NCBI GenBank assembly: GCA_000431795.1
Contig: FR887359.1
Location: forward strand, 9,551-73,550
DNA: 64,000 nucleotides
Source: Clostridium sp. CAG:302
Lineage (GTDB): Bacteria > Bacillota_I > Bacilli_A > RF39 > UBA660
Direction of reading: 5' to 3'
Each line of letters starts with the position of its first letter. Position 1 is the stretch's first letter. Shown one piece after another: positions 28,998 through 38,812 of the stretch. The notes beneath the pieces are model-generated. The model was not told where the DNA came from. It saw only the letters and a list, made by a program, of their open reading frames with translations, and made no database searches. Made by a program: the position numbers and the translations under genes.

Positions 28998-29555
28998 ATG
29001 GAAGTAAATTATAGAAACCCAAAAATATACTTATTAAGTGGAAAAGCTAGACACGGTAAAGATACAATAGCTGGATACCTAAAAGAATTCTACGAAAAAG
29101 ATGGCAAAAAGGTTATCTTTTCACGAGCGGGCAAATATATAAAGTTCTATGCCATGGAGATGACTGGTTGGGATGGCAGTGAAGAAACCAAACCAAGAAC
29201 GTTGCTTCAGGAGTTAGGCACAGATGTAATAAGAAATAAATTAAACAAAGCAGAAATGTTTATAGATAGGCAGATAGATGATATAGAAATATACTCATAT
29301 TTTTATGATGCTATCATTGTTCCAGACATCAGATTACCAAGAGAAATAGATAGTATCAAGGAAAAGTTCGATAATGTAGTAACTATCAAAGTAGAAAGAA
29401 TTAATTTTGAAACCAATTTATCAGGTAAAGAACAAAAACATAGTACAGAGACTGCCATGGATAGTTATGAAGATTTTGACTACGAGATAACAAATGATAC
29501 ACTAGAAAAACTAAAAGAAGATGTATATAAGATATACCAGGAGGAAACCAAATGA
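28998..29555 (+). CDS. P-loop NTPase resembling deoxynucleoside-monophosphate kinases
   Basis: The P-loop context is IYLLSGKARHGKDTIAGYL. The start is set at ATG 28998 behind GGAGG, and the stop overlaps the alaS start (ATGA). Confidence 0.5.
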   Translation: MEVNYRNPKIYLLSGKARHGKDTIAGYLKEFYEKDGKKVIFSRAGKYIKFYAMEMTGWDGSEETKPRTLLQELGTDVIRNKLNKAEMFIDRQIDDIEIYSYFYDAIIVPDIRLPREIDSIKEKFDNVVTIKVERINFETNLSGKEQKHSTETAMDSYEDFDYEITNDTLEKLKEDVYKIYQEETK

Positions 29556-32245
29556 AAAAGCTAAAAGGTAATGAAATAATAAATATGTACTTAAATTTCT
29601 TTGGAGAAAGAGGGCACACAATAATAGAGTCAGCCTCACTTATTCCCAAAGATGATCCGACAGTACTTTGGATAAATGCCGGTGTAACACCATTAAAAAA
29701 ATATTTTGATGGAACAATCGTACCAAAAAACAAAAGATTAACTAGTTGTCAAAAATGTATTAGAACAGGAGACATTGAGTCAGTTGGACACACTGCGAGA
29801 CATCATACTTTTTTTCAAATGCTAGGTAACTTCAGTATTGGTGACTATTTTAGGGAAGAAGCCATCACTTGGGCTTATGAATTACTTACTAGTCCTAAAT
29901 ACTTTGATATAGATAAAGATAAATTATATGTAACAGTGTATACTCACGATGATGACACTTACAACTTATGGTTAAAATTAGGCATAAAAAAAGATCACCT
30001 AATAAGACTAGATGGCAATTTCTGGGAAATAGGTCCAGGACCATCAGGCCCTGATACCGAAATTTTCTACGACAGAGGAGAAAAATATGATAAAGAACAT
30101 AAAGGTATCAGTCTATTACAAAATGAAGAAGAAAACGATCGCTATATAGAAATATGGAATAACGTTTTAAGCCAGTTCAATGCCACTGAAGGATTAAAAA
30201 GAGAAGACTATCCAGAACTACCTAGTAAAAATATCGATACAGGTATGGGCGTTGAAAGAATGGCATGCATTCTTCAAGAAACCGAAACAAACTATGAAAC
30301 AGATTTATTTATTCCAATAATGAAAGGAATTGAAGAAATATCACATTTACCATATACAGGCCAGATGGAATTCAAAGTAATCGCCGACCATATAAGAACC
30401 CTAACATTTGCTCTAGCAGATGGAGCAGTATTTGAAAATGTTGGAAGGGGCTACGTTCTAAGAAGATTATTAAGAAGAGCTTCGCGTATGGGAAGAAAAC
30501 TAAATATAAATAGAGAGTTCCTAAGTGACCTAATAGATATCGTTGTAGAAAATTACAAAGAAATATATCCATATCTAGTAGGAGAATCATCAAAAGTAAA
30601 AGATCTAATTACCAAAGAAGAGTTACTATTTCAAAAGACACTTCTATCAGGAGAAAAACATTTAGAAGAATTATTCCAAAATAGTACCAAAGTCATCAGC
30701 GGTAAAGATGCTTTCAAATTATATGATACCTACGGTTACCCAATAGAACTTACCATAGAAGCCGCCGAAGAAAAAGGCTTCACAGTGGATACCGAAAGTT
30801 TCAAGTCCTATATGAATGCCCAAAAAACACTAGCAAGAAACAGCAGAAAAGTAGAAAGTAGCATGAACATTCAAAATGACGCTCTAATAAATTATAAAGA
30901 AGAAAGCAAGTTCGTAGGATACGATAAATTAGGATTAGAAACAGAAGTAACATCCATCATGAAAGATAATCAGTTCGTTGATAGTTCCAGTGATGAATGC
31001 TACATCTTTCTAAAAGAAAATCCATTTTATGCCGAAAGCGGTGGCCAGGTAGCGGACTCAGGATACCTAAAAAACGACAAGTGTAAACTGGAAGTATTAG
31101 ATGTTATCAAAGCACCAAATGGTCAGCACATGGTATATGTAAAAGTTCTTGAAGGAACAGTAACCAAAGGAGATAAAATTTTAACTCATGTATCCAAAGA
31201 AAAAAGACTAAATACCATGAAGAACCACTCTTCAGTTCATCTATTACAAAAATCACTACAAGAACTACTAGGAGACTCCGTTCATCAGGCAGGCTCTAAA
31301 GTAGATGACAAAATGTTAAGATTTGACTTCAACTATCATGGTAGACTATCAGATGAACTAATATTAAAGGTAGAAGACTTAGTAAATCAAAAAATACAAG
31401 CAGCATACGAAACAAAGATAGAGTATATGAGCCTAGATGAAGCTAAGAAAAAAGGTGCTATGGCTTTATTCAGTGACAAGTATGGAAGCGTTGTAAGAGT
31501 AGTAACAATTGGCGATTCTGTAGAACTTTGTGCCGGAACCCATGTAATCAATTCAAAAGATATAAACAAATTTGCCATAGCAAGCGTTGAAAACAAAGGC
31601 TCAGACACATTCAGAGTAATTGCTGCTACTGATACAAACATCGAAGAAATATTAGGAGAAGAAGTATCAAAATATAACGAGCAGATGTTAAAACTATTAG
31701 ATAAAGCCAAAAAAATCGTATTAGCGGCTAAAGAATTAAATATAGACCTAAAATTCAACTTCAACATAGCAAACGATGCCCCTACTAGTTATAAGGATAT
31801 CATAATAAATAAGAACGAATTAGAAAGTCTAAAAGATAGTATAAAAGAGTTAGAAAAAGAATTTATTATTAAAAAGAACGAAAAGTCCATAAGTGATTTA
31901 ACAAGTTTCTTAAGTATTAAAGAAGAAATAAATGGTATTACAACAATAATAAGCATTACCAATGACTATGATATATCAACATTAAAACAAATAGTATCCG
32001 CTTTGAGTAATCAGTTGGATAATAGTTTTATCTTACTTGCCAATCAGAATAAAGATGATAGTGTTAACTTCATAGCCAAGTCAACCTCAAACAGAGTAGA
32101 CTGCGGTATGATTATTAAAGAATTATCAACATCATGCAAAGGTAACGGTGGTGGTTCCAAAGTATTCGCTCAAGGTGGTGGAACAGACGGAACTAACATA
32201 GCAGCATTACTTATAAACATTAAAGAAAAAATAAAAAAATTATAA
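29552..32245 (+). CDS. alaS: Alanine--tRNA ligase
   Basis: It has FFGERGHTIIESASLIP, FFQMLGNFSIGDYF, the editing-domain HSSVHLL and CAGTHV, and a C-terminal DHHA1-like GGGSKVFAQGGG. The protein is 897 aa. Confidence 0.97.
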   Translation: MKKLKGNEIINMYLNFFGERGHTIIESASLIPKDDPTVLWINAGVTPLKKYFDGTIVPKNKRLTSCQKCIRTGDIESVGHTARHHTFFQMLGNFSIGDYFREEAITWAYELLTSPKYFDIDKDKLYVTVYTHDDDTYNLWLKLGIKKDHLIRLDGNFWEIGPGPSGPDTEIFYDRGEKYDKEHKGISLLQNEEENDRYIEIWNNVLSQFNATEGLKREDYPELPSKNIDTGMGVERMACILQETETNYETDLFIPIMKGIEEISHLPYTGQMEFKVIADHIRTLTFALADGAVFENVGRGYVLRRLLRRASRMGRKLNINREFLSDLIDIVVENYKEIYPYLVGESSKVKDLITKEELLFQKTLLSGEKHLEELFQNSTKVISGKDAFKLYDTYGYPIELTIEAAEEKGFTVDTESFKSYMNAQKTLARNSRKVESSMNIQNDALINYKEESKFVGYDKLGLETEVTSIMKDNQFVDSSSDECYIFLKENPFYAESGGQVADSGYLKNDKCKLEVLDVIKAPNGQHMVYVKVLEGTVTKGDKILTHVSKEKRLNTMKNHSSVHLLQKSLQELLGDSVHQAGSKVDDKMLRFDFNYHGRLSDELILKVEDLVNQKIQAAYETKIEYMSLDEAKKKGAMALFSDKYGSVVRVVTIGDSVELCAGTHVINSKDINKFAIASVENKGSDTFRVIAATDTNIEEILGEEVSKYNEQMLKLLDKAKKIVLAAKELNIDLKFNFNIANDAPTSYKDIIINKNELESLKDSIKELEKEFIIKKNEKSISDLTSFLSIKEEINGITTIISITNDYDISTLKQIVSALSNQLDNSFILLANQNKDDSVNFIAKSTSNRVDCGMIIKELSTSCKGNGGGSKVFAQGGGTDGTNIAALLINIKEKIKKL

Positions 32246-32253
32246 AATACAAA

Positions 32254-32288
32254 GATTTCACTCAAATTATTAGTGAAGTCTTTTTTTT
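32254..32288 (+). terminator. Rho-independent terminator of alaS
   Basis: A 9-bp stem GATTTCACT/AGTGAAGTC is followed by T8. Confidence 0.8.
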
Positions 32289-32289
32289 G

Positions 32290-32343
32290 CCTCTTAAGCC
32301 TGTAGTCTTAAGAGGAACAGAGAAGCCTAAGGTCTTCTCTGTT
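32290..32343 (+). repeat. Tandem-hairpin intergenic repeat, copy 5
   Basis: CCTCTTAAG-CCTGTAGT-CTTAAGAGG is followed by AACAGAGAAG-CCTAAGGT-CTTCTCTGTT. Confidence 0.85.
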
Positions 32344-32370
32344 AAAACATATATATTAAATAATTAATAT

Positions 32371-32399
32371 TTGCATTTTTGTCTATTTTTTGTTATAAT
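32371..32399 (+). promoter_or_regulatory. rnj promoter (TTGCAT, 17 nt, TGTTATAAT)
   Basis: The -35 lies at 32371-32376 and the extended -10 ends at 32399. Confidence 0.65.
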
Positions 32400-32441
32400 T
32401 ATTAAGTCTTTTACTTAAGAAAAAAGAAAGGAGAAATCAAT

Positions 32442-34091
32442 TTGAGTAAAATAAAATTATTTTCACTAGGAGGACTAGATGAAAATGGCAAAAATATGTT
32501 TATTATTGAAGTAGATAAAGAAATATTTGTATTTGAAGCCGGTCTTAAATACGCCGATGAGTTTACTTTAGGAATAGACTATATAATACCAAATATAAGT
32601 TATTTAAAAGAAAATAAAAAAAGAATAAAAGGAATATTTTTAACGCATGGACACGAAGAAAATATTGGTGCATTACCCGATTTAATGCCAGATTTAGAAG
32701 GCGTACCAGTATTTGCCTCAAAGTATACTTTAGATATCGTAAAAAAAGAGTTTGAAACATACAAGATAGATACCAGTAGCCTAAAAGAAATTAAGGCTAA
32801 TATTCCACTGGAAGTAGGAAAAATCAAAGTGTTTCCTGTAAATCTATCACATTCTGCTCCAGATAACTTTGGATATGCCATATATACAAGTGATGGAGTA
32901 ATATTTTATGCATCAGACTTTGTTGTAGATCCATTAATGAAAGGTGCATATAAAACCGATATAGGCAAATTAGCATATATAGGTAAACAAAATGTATTAT
33001 GTTTACTTACCGAATCAAATTATGCTGGCATTGAAGGATTCACATCACCAAGACATAGAATAGCGGACCTAATAAAAGAAACATTAAATGCTACAGAAGG
33101 AAGAATAATATTCAATGTTTTAGATTCACATTTATATCGTATCCAAGAATTATTTAGTGAATTAGAAAAAACAGATCGTAAAGTAGTAATAATGGGTAAA
33201 AGACTAAAAACAATAATAGATTCCGCTATTGAAAATCATTATTTAAACATTAATAAAAAGATAATTGGAGATTTATCAAATATAAATGATAAAAATGTAG
33301 TAATATTAAATGCTAATGAAAAAGAAAAACCATATTACAATATAATGAAAATAGTAAATGGTTATGATAAATTTATTAAATTAAACGAAGAGGACACAAT
33401 TTTCTTAGCAACACCAATATTTGAGAATAGAGAAAAAACATTCTATCATTTGCTAGATGAAATATCAAAGATAGGTGCTAAGGTAGTAACATTATCTTCA
33501 CATAAATACTTATCACATCATGCAGCTAAAGAAGATTTAATGATAATGATAAATCTAATGAATCCAAAATACTATTTTCCAATAAGAGGAGAATATAAGG
33601 ATCAAGTATTAAATGCTGAAATAGGAGAACTATCAGGAATACCAAAAGAAAATATTCTATTAAAAGAAAATGGTGATGTTGTCCTAATAGAAAATGGTAT
33701 TCTAAAAGAAGATTTTGAAAAAGTACCATCAGGTTCTATCCTAATAGATGGTAATTCATCAGATGATATTGGTGAAATGGTTCTAAAAGACCGTGAGATA
33801 CTATCAGATAATGGTATTATGATAATATCAGTTACTTTAAACAAGCAAACAAAAGAAATAATATCCGGACCAGAAGTGCTTACCAGAGGTTTTGTCTATG
33901 TAAGAGATTCCTATGAATTAATAAAAGAAATAAAAAGAATATCTACTGAAATAATACTATTAAATACAAGTAGTTCAAGATACATAGAGTACAACAAAGT
34001 AAAAAATTCTATTAGAGATGAACTATCAAAATATTTAATTAAAGAGACTGGTAATAAACCTATGATTATTACAGTAATGCAAGAAATATAG
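32442..34091 (+). CDS. rnj: Ribonuclease J
   Basis: It has IKLFSLGGLDENGKNM and the metallo-beta-lactamase motif THGHEENIG, in a 549-aa beta-CASP architecture. The start is TTG behind AAAGGAG. Confidence 0.92.
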   Translation: MSKIKLFSLGGLDENGKNMFIIEVDKEIFVFEAGLKYADEFTLGIDYIIPNISYLKENKKRIKGIFLTHGHEENIGALPDLMPDLEGVPVFASKYTLDIVKKEFETYKIDTSSLKEIKANIPLEVGKIKVFPVNLSHSAPDNFGYAIYTSDGVIFYASDFVVDPLMKGAYKTDIGKLAYIGKQNVLCLLTESNYAGIEGFTSPRHRIADLIKETLNATEGRIIFNVLDSHLYRIQELFSELEKTDRKVVIMGKRLKTIIDSAIENHYLNINKKIIGDLSNINDKNVVILNANEKEKPYYNIMKIVNGYDKFIKLNEEDTIFLATPIFENREKTFYHLLDEISKIGAKVVTLSSHKYLSHHAAKEDLMIMINLMNPKYYFPIRGEYKDQVLNAEIGELSGIPKENILLKENGDVVLIENGILKEDFEKVPSGSILIDGNSSDDIGEMVLKDREILSDNGIMIISVTLNKQTKEIISGPEVLTRGFVYVRDSYELIKEIKRISTEIILLNTSSSRYIEYNKVKNSIRDELSKYLIKETGNKPMIITVMQEI

Positions 34092-34175
34092 CCAAAAGCT
34101 ATATTTTTTCTTTAAAATAATAAAAAAGTATTCCTTTTTATTTTATTTTTTGTTATAATGTAGAAGAGGTATGAT

Positions 34176-34814
34176 ATGAAAAAAGTATTAATACTAAGTG
34201 CATTGTTAATATTATGCATAGGTTGTACTAGAATAGATAACACTGATGATTATAAGGTAATAATAGACGATATAATAGAGGAAAACAATATAAGTACAAA
34301 TACAGCCTCAATGGGATATAAATATTATTTACCCATTGGAGTAAAAAAAGTATATGATAAAGATTATAATCAAAAATTCAAATATGAAGATGTAAATATT
34401 TATTTATATGTAGATGCTGTAAGTTATTATTATCATAATCCATTAAATTTTAAAGATGAGACTGGGAAAGAGTTTTACTATAAAATAAGTAATGGTGAAA
34501 AAATGGGCTATATATCTATAGAAAAAAACGAAAACGATTATTTTCTTAAAATAATATATAATTATGCAAAAATAGAAGCCAATGTTCCAAAAGAAAAATT
34601 AAACGAAGTAATAGCAAATAGTATGATTATACTAAATAGCATTGATTATAATGATAATTTAATAAAGAAAATTCTTGAAGATGAATACTATTCAAGTACT
34701 GCTGAAGAATATAAAATAAGAAAGCCAGAAAATACAACGAGTAAATTCTCAGAGTATTTAAGTGAATATGTAGTAGATGAGGAAACAGTAATTCCTGATT
34801 TACCAGAATATTAA
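34176..34814 (+). CDS. Putative lipoprotein, unknown function
   Basis: The signal peptide MKKVLILSALLILCIGC has a lipobox-like end. Confidence 0.5.
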   Translation: MKKVLILSALLILCIGCTRIDNTDDYKVIIDDIIEENNISTNTASMGYKYYLPIGVKKVYDKDYNQKFKYEDVNIYLYVDAVSYYYHNPLNFKDETGKEFYYKISNGEKMGYISIEKNENDYFLKIIYNYAKIEANVPKEKLNEVIANSMIILNSIDYNDNLIKKILEDEYYSSTAEEYKIRKPENTTSKFSEYLSEYVVDEETVIPDLPEY

Positions 34815-34832
34815 CAAAAGGGAGATATGACT

Positions 34833-35897
34833 ATGAAATTTATTGATAAACTAAAAGATTTATTCACTGATGAAGAAGAAGTAGTGGAGACAAAAGAAAT
34901 AGAACTAGAGAAAGAAGAAAAAGAAGAAGAACATAAACTTCCTACTTTTATGCGAAATAAAATTGAGCAAGAAGAAAAAAGAGAGGAAATAAGAAAACAG
35001 CGTGAAGAGTCACCAAAAGAAGATGTCATAAGTGATAGAGAAATAGTAAAGACAAGAAGCAGCAACTTCTCATTTCCTATGGATATGGATGATGATCCAA
35101 TTCCTAGAACATTTGTAAATACAACTTCAAGCAATTATAACACTGCCTATAATAACAATAAAAATGTTTTAGATAAAGAAAAGAAAGTATCAGAACTATA
35201 TGCCAAAAAGGAAGAGCCTAAACCAAAAAAATTCAAACCAACTCCAGTTATATCTCCAGTATATGGAGTACTTGATAAAAATTACACTAAAGATGAAGTA
35301 AAAGTACAAGATGAAGATTCTTATGAAATAAAAAGACCATCTAGAAAAGTTGATTTTGAGACAGTAAGAAATAAAGCTTTTGGTAGTTTAACAGATGATA
35401 TAAGAAACAATTTGTGTGAAAATTGTGAATTATATAAGGAAGTAAAAATAACCAAAAATGCTGACAAAAAGTTACTTAGTGATGATGACAATCTTTTATC
35501 CGAAATGACAAAAGATGATGTAAAAGATGTAACATTAGAGGAGGCAGAAGATAATTATTTTGATTTCGGTGTGGACTATGAAATACCAAAAAAGGAAGAA
35601 AAGCCAAGTGTAGTAATTAATGCTAAAGAAGTTGAAGTAAATGATAGTGATGTAAAAATAGTAAATCACAATGGCACTGAAAGCACTGCTGAGAAAATAG
35701 AAGTAAAAGAAGAACCACCAAAAAGAACGACTAGAGTAACTGTAAAAAAAGAATTAGAGGATACAAAAGAATTTGAAAAAGTATCACCAGAAGAAAAGAC
35801 CATAGATGAAGCACTTAATGGTGGTAAAGATATAAGTGCTGATGAAGATAATGATATCTTTAATTTAATAGATTCAATGTACGAAGGGGATGAATAA
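34833..35897 (+). CDS. Acidic/lysine-rich low-complexity protein, unknown function
   Basis: It starts MKFIDKLKDLFTDEEE and has long E/K-rich stretches. The start could be 34827 or 34833; RBS spacing favours 34833. Confidence 0.45.
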   Translation: MKFIDKLKDLFTDEEEVVETKEIELEKEEKEEEHKLPTFMRNKIEQEEKREEIRKQREESPKEDVISDREIVKTRSSNFSFPMDMDDDPIPRTFVNTTSSNYNTAYNNNKNVLDKEKKVSELYAKKEEPKPKKFKPTPVISPVYGVLDKNYTKDEVKVQDEDSYEIKRPSRKVDFETVRNKAFGSLTDDIRNNLCENCELYKEVKITKNADKKLLSDDDNLLSEMTKDDVKDVTLEEAEDNYFDFGVDYEIPKKEEKPSVVINAKEVEVNDSDVKIVNHNGTESTAEKIEVKEEPPKRTTRVTVKKELEDTKEFEKVSPEEKTIDEALNGGKDISADEDNDIFNLIDSMYEGDE

Positions 35898-35899
35898 TA

Positions 35900-36166
35900 G
35901 TGACTGCAAGTGAAGTTTTACCAGTAATTTTGTATATATTAGGTGCTATTTTACTAGTGGCATTAATAGTATTAACTATAAAGTTAACAATAACAATACA
36001 TAAAATAGATAAAGTTGTTGATAATATTACTGAGAAAGTTACTGCTTTAGATGGATTATTTTCTGTTGTAAATGCAGTAAGTAACAAGTTTACATTCATA
36101 ACAGATAAAGTAGTTAACATAATTTATTCATTAATAGAAAAAATAACAAAAAGAAAGGAAGATTGA
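35900..36166 (+). CDS. DUF948-like (YtxG-like) membrane-anchored general stress protein
   Basis: It has an N-terminal TM and then a coiled region (IHKIDKVVDNITEKVTALDG). It lies upstream of a YtxH-like gene as in the Bacillus ytxGHJ locus. The start is GTG. Confidence 0.55.
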   Translation: MTASEVLPVILYILGAILLVALIVLTIKLTITIHKIDKVVDNITEKVTALDGLFSVVNAVSNKFTFITDKVVNIIYSLIEKITKRKED

Positions 36167-36169
36167 AAA

Positions 36170-36571
36170 ATGAGTAAAAAAGGACTTGGAAAATTCGTTT
36201 TAGGTGCAGGAATAGGAGCAGGCTTAGCCCTACTATTTGCTCCAAAGAAAGGGAGCGACCTAAGACGTGATATCAAAAGAAAATTTGATGAATTCATGAA
36301 AGATGTAGATAAAATTGAAATAGAAGACATCAAAGAAAGTTTTACTAAAAAAGTAGATGAAATCAAAAAAGAACTAGAAGATCTAGATAAAGAAAAAGTA
36401 GAAAAAATAGCTAAGAAGAAGGCTAAAGAATTACAAAGAAAAGCCGAAGATCTAGTGGACTTAGCTAAAGAAAAAGGAACACCAGTCCTTGAGGGCATTG
36501 CAGATGACTTAAAACACAAAGTAATTTGTGTATGCACAGAAATAATTAACAAATTAGAAAAAGGAGAATAG
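36170..36571 (+). CDS. YtxH-domain protein
   Basis: It has GAGIGAGLALLFAPKKGSDLRRDIK followed by a charged helical region. Confidence 0.75.
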   Translation: MSKKGLGKFVLGAGIGAGLALLFAPKKGSDLRRDIKRKFDEFMKDVDKIEIEDIKESFTKKVDEIKKELEDLDKEKVEKIAKKKAKELQRKAEDLVDLAKEKGTPVLEGIADDLKHKVICVCTEIINKLEKGE

Positions 36572-36609
36572 TCAGTAGTGATTATTCTTTTTCTAGAAAG
36601 GGAAATAAA

Positions 36610-37359
36610 ATGAAAGTACTAATAACAGGAGCATCTTCCGGAATGGGTTACGACATGGCCAAATATCTAAGCACATATAATTTTGACCTATTTCTCGTAG
36701 CTAAAGACAAAAAAGAATTAGATAAAAAATTCAAAGATTTAAAGAACAAAATAAAAACCTATGGCTTCGACTTATCCAAAGAAGAAGAATGTATAAAACT
36801 CTACAAAGAAGTAAGAAATGAAAACATTGACATATTAATAAACAATGCCGGCTTTGGCGACGCAGGTAATTTTACCGAAACAAACCTAGATAAAGAAATG
36901 AATATGATAGATTTAAACATCAAAGCCTACCATATTCTTACCAAACTATTTCTAAGAGATTTTGTCAAAAGAGATTATGGTCGCATCCTAAATGTTGCTT
37001 CCATGGCGGGCTTCATGCCAGGACCATACATGGCTACATACTATGCCACTAAAAACTATATAGTGAGCCTATCCCTAGCCATTTATGAAGAACTAAAAAA
37101 GGATAAATCAAATGTAAAAATATCCATATTCTGTCCCGGTCCAGTAGCAACAAACTTTAATAATGTTGCTAATGTAAAATTTAACATATCATCACTTACT
37201 AGTGAATTTGCCAGTAGATATGCTATAGATAATATGTTTAAAAACAAACTAATAATAATACCACCCAATATGAAATTAAACTACTTACTTGCCAAAATAA
37301 TGCCTAAAAAGTTCGTATTAGCGGTAAATAGCCTGATAGAAGAAAGAGATTCCCAATAA
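36610..37359 (+). CDS. Short-chain dehydrogenase/reductase (SDR) family oxidoreductase
   Basis: It has VLITGASSGMG, NNAG and YYATKNY (YxxxK). Confidence 0.85.
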   Translation: MKVLITGASSGMGYDMAKYLSTYNFDLFLVAKDKKELDKKFKDLKNKIKTYGFDLSKEEECIKLYKEVRNENIDILINNAGFGDAGNFTETNLDKEMNMIDLNIKAYHILTKLFLRDFVKRDYGRILNVASMAGFMPGPYMATYYATKNYIVSLSLAIYEELKKDKSNVKISIFCPGPVATNFNNVANVKFNISSLTSEFASRYAIDNMFKNKLIIIPPNMKLNYLLAKIMPKKFVLAVNSLIEERDSQ

Positions 37360-37413
37360 TTTCTTTCTTTTTTTTCCAAAATATTATATAATTAAGAAGA
37401 AAGAAGGGATACT

Positions 37414-38349
37414 ATGAGTTTTACCAGCACAGTAAAAGAAGAAGTAACTAGATTAGACACCACCAGACTAGAGGACATATCCGAGTTATCTGCCATATTT
37501 AGAATAAGTGCTAATATAAATAACAACATCATTTTATCACTAGAAAACAACGCCGTTGCCAGAAGGTGTTTCAAACTAATAAAAAACATCTACAATATAA
37601 CTCCAAGTATTACAGTTAGAAACAAAAAACTAGGTAAAGGCTTCACTTACATATTAACAATAAACAATGATCCCAAAGAGTTACTCGAAGACTTATCAAT
37701 TCTAGATGGCAACAAATACTTATCAGTGCCAAAAGAATATATAGTATCCGATGAAGATAGTTTAAGAGCCTACTTACGCGGAGTATTTCTAGTATCCGGT
37801 TCAGTAAACGACCCCAAAACATCAAGGTATCACTTAGAATTTGTTTTGGATACCAAAGAATACTCTGAGTTCATAAATAAATTACTAAACAGCTATAACC
37901 TTAATAGTAGAATAATAAAAAGAGAAAGAAACTACACTGTCTATATCAAAGAAGCCGAAAAAATAAGTGATTTCTTAAGAGTAATAAAAGCCTTTTCTGC
38001 TGTTATGTATTTCGAAGACATAAGAATATATCGTGATCATAAAAACATGACCAATCGTCTTAATAATTGCGAGCAGGCTAATATAGATAAAATATTTTTA
38101 ACAGCCTCAAAACAAGTAAAAGATATTGAAAAATTATATGAACTAGATATGGTAGATACTCTAGATGATAAGCTAAAAGAAGTAATAGAGTATCGTATGA
38201 AGTATAAAGAAAGTTCATTAAGTGAACTAGCAAACATTATATCTTCAGAAACTGGAGTAGAAATAACCAAGTCGGGACTAAATCATCGTTTTAGAAAGAT
38301 TAAAGAAATACTAGAAAATTATCTCAAAGAAAAAGAGAAGAGTAAGTAA
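37414..38349 (+). CDS. whiA: DNA-binding protein WhiA
   Basis: It has MSFTSTVKEEV, LAGLIDADG-derived repeats (YLRGVFLVSGSVNDP) and a C-terminal HTH (LSELANIISSETGVEITKSGLNHRFRKI). Confidence 0.9.
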   Translation: MSFTSTVKEEVTRLDTTRLEDISELSAIFRISANINNNIILSLENNAVARRCFKLIKNIYNITPSITVRNKKLGKGFTYILTINNDPKELLEDLSILDGNKYLSVPKEYIVSDEDSLRAYLRGVFLVSGSVNDPKTSRYHLEFVLDTKEYSEFINKLLNSYNLNSRIIKRERNYTVYIKEAEKISDFLRVIKAFSAVMYFEDIRIYRDHKNMTNRLNNCEQANIDKIFLTASKQVKDIEKLYELDMVDTLDDKLKEVIEYRMKYKESSLSELANIISSETGVEITKSGLNHRFRKIKEILENYLKEKEKSK

Positions 38350-38363
38350 TATTATTATATATT

Positions 38364-38418
38364 CCCCCTTAAGCCTGTAGTCTTAAGAGGCATAAGAAAG
38401 CCTAAGGTCTTTCTTATG
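38364..38418 (+). repeat. Tandem-hairpin intergenic repeat, copy 6
   Basis: CCCCTTAAG-CCTGTAGT-CTTAAGAGG (one mismatch) is followed by CATAAGAAAG-CCTAAGGT-CTTTCTTATG. It starts 15 nt after the whiA stop. Confidence 0.85.
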
Positions 38419-38447
38419 AAAAAAATGAAAAAAATGTCAAAAAATAG

Positions 38448-38771
38448 TTGACAAGTATAAAGGAATATTATATACTTATATCATCTAATAGATAAGCACA
38501 CAAACATATTAATTGTAGAAACATATAAAACGAAGTTTGTTTTATATATCTACCTAAATAGAAGTTTTATTTAGAATATTAATATGAGTGCAGATTAATG
38601 GGTGTTAAAGTAGAGACTTTAATTTCTTATCTTACTATTAGATATACATATATGTATGAGAGAAGTAACTCATTAGATAAGAGGTTGGTTGTATTAACTG
38701 ACATTAATATGATTTAACTATTCGTAAACTTGGGAATGTACTATTTGTCAGATAGTATGTTCTTTTCTTTT
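38448..38771 (+). ncRNA. Candidate structured RNA (leader or stand-alone sRNA) bounded by a promoter and an intrinsic terminator; family not recognised
   Basis: The promoter is TTGACA (38448), 17 nt, TATACT (38471-38476). Several hairpins are present, with a long-range pairing of 38484-38497 with 38628-38645. The terminator is an 11-bp stem (38734-38762) plus TTTTCTTTT. Confidence 0.4.
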
Positions 38772-38812
38772 ATCATAAATTATGCTATACTATTTGCGAA
38801 AGAAGTGATACC

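Noticed and set aside
38598-38717. A 39-aa ORF (MGVKVETLISYLTIRYTYMYERSNSLDKRLVVLTDINMI) inside the structured region upstream of the U32 gene.
   Set aside because: It has no convincing RBS and overlaps the predicted stems. It was kept only as a remote leader-peptide possibility.
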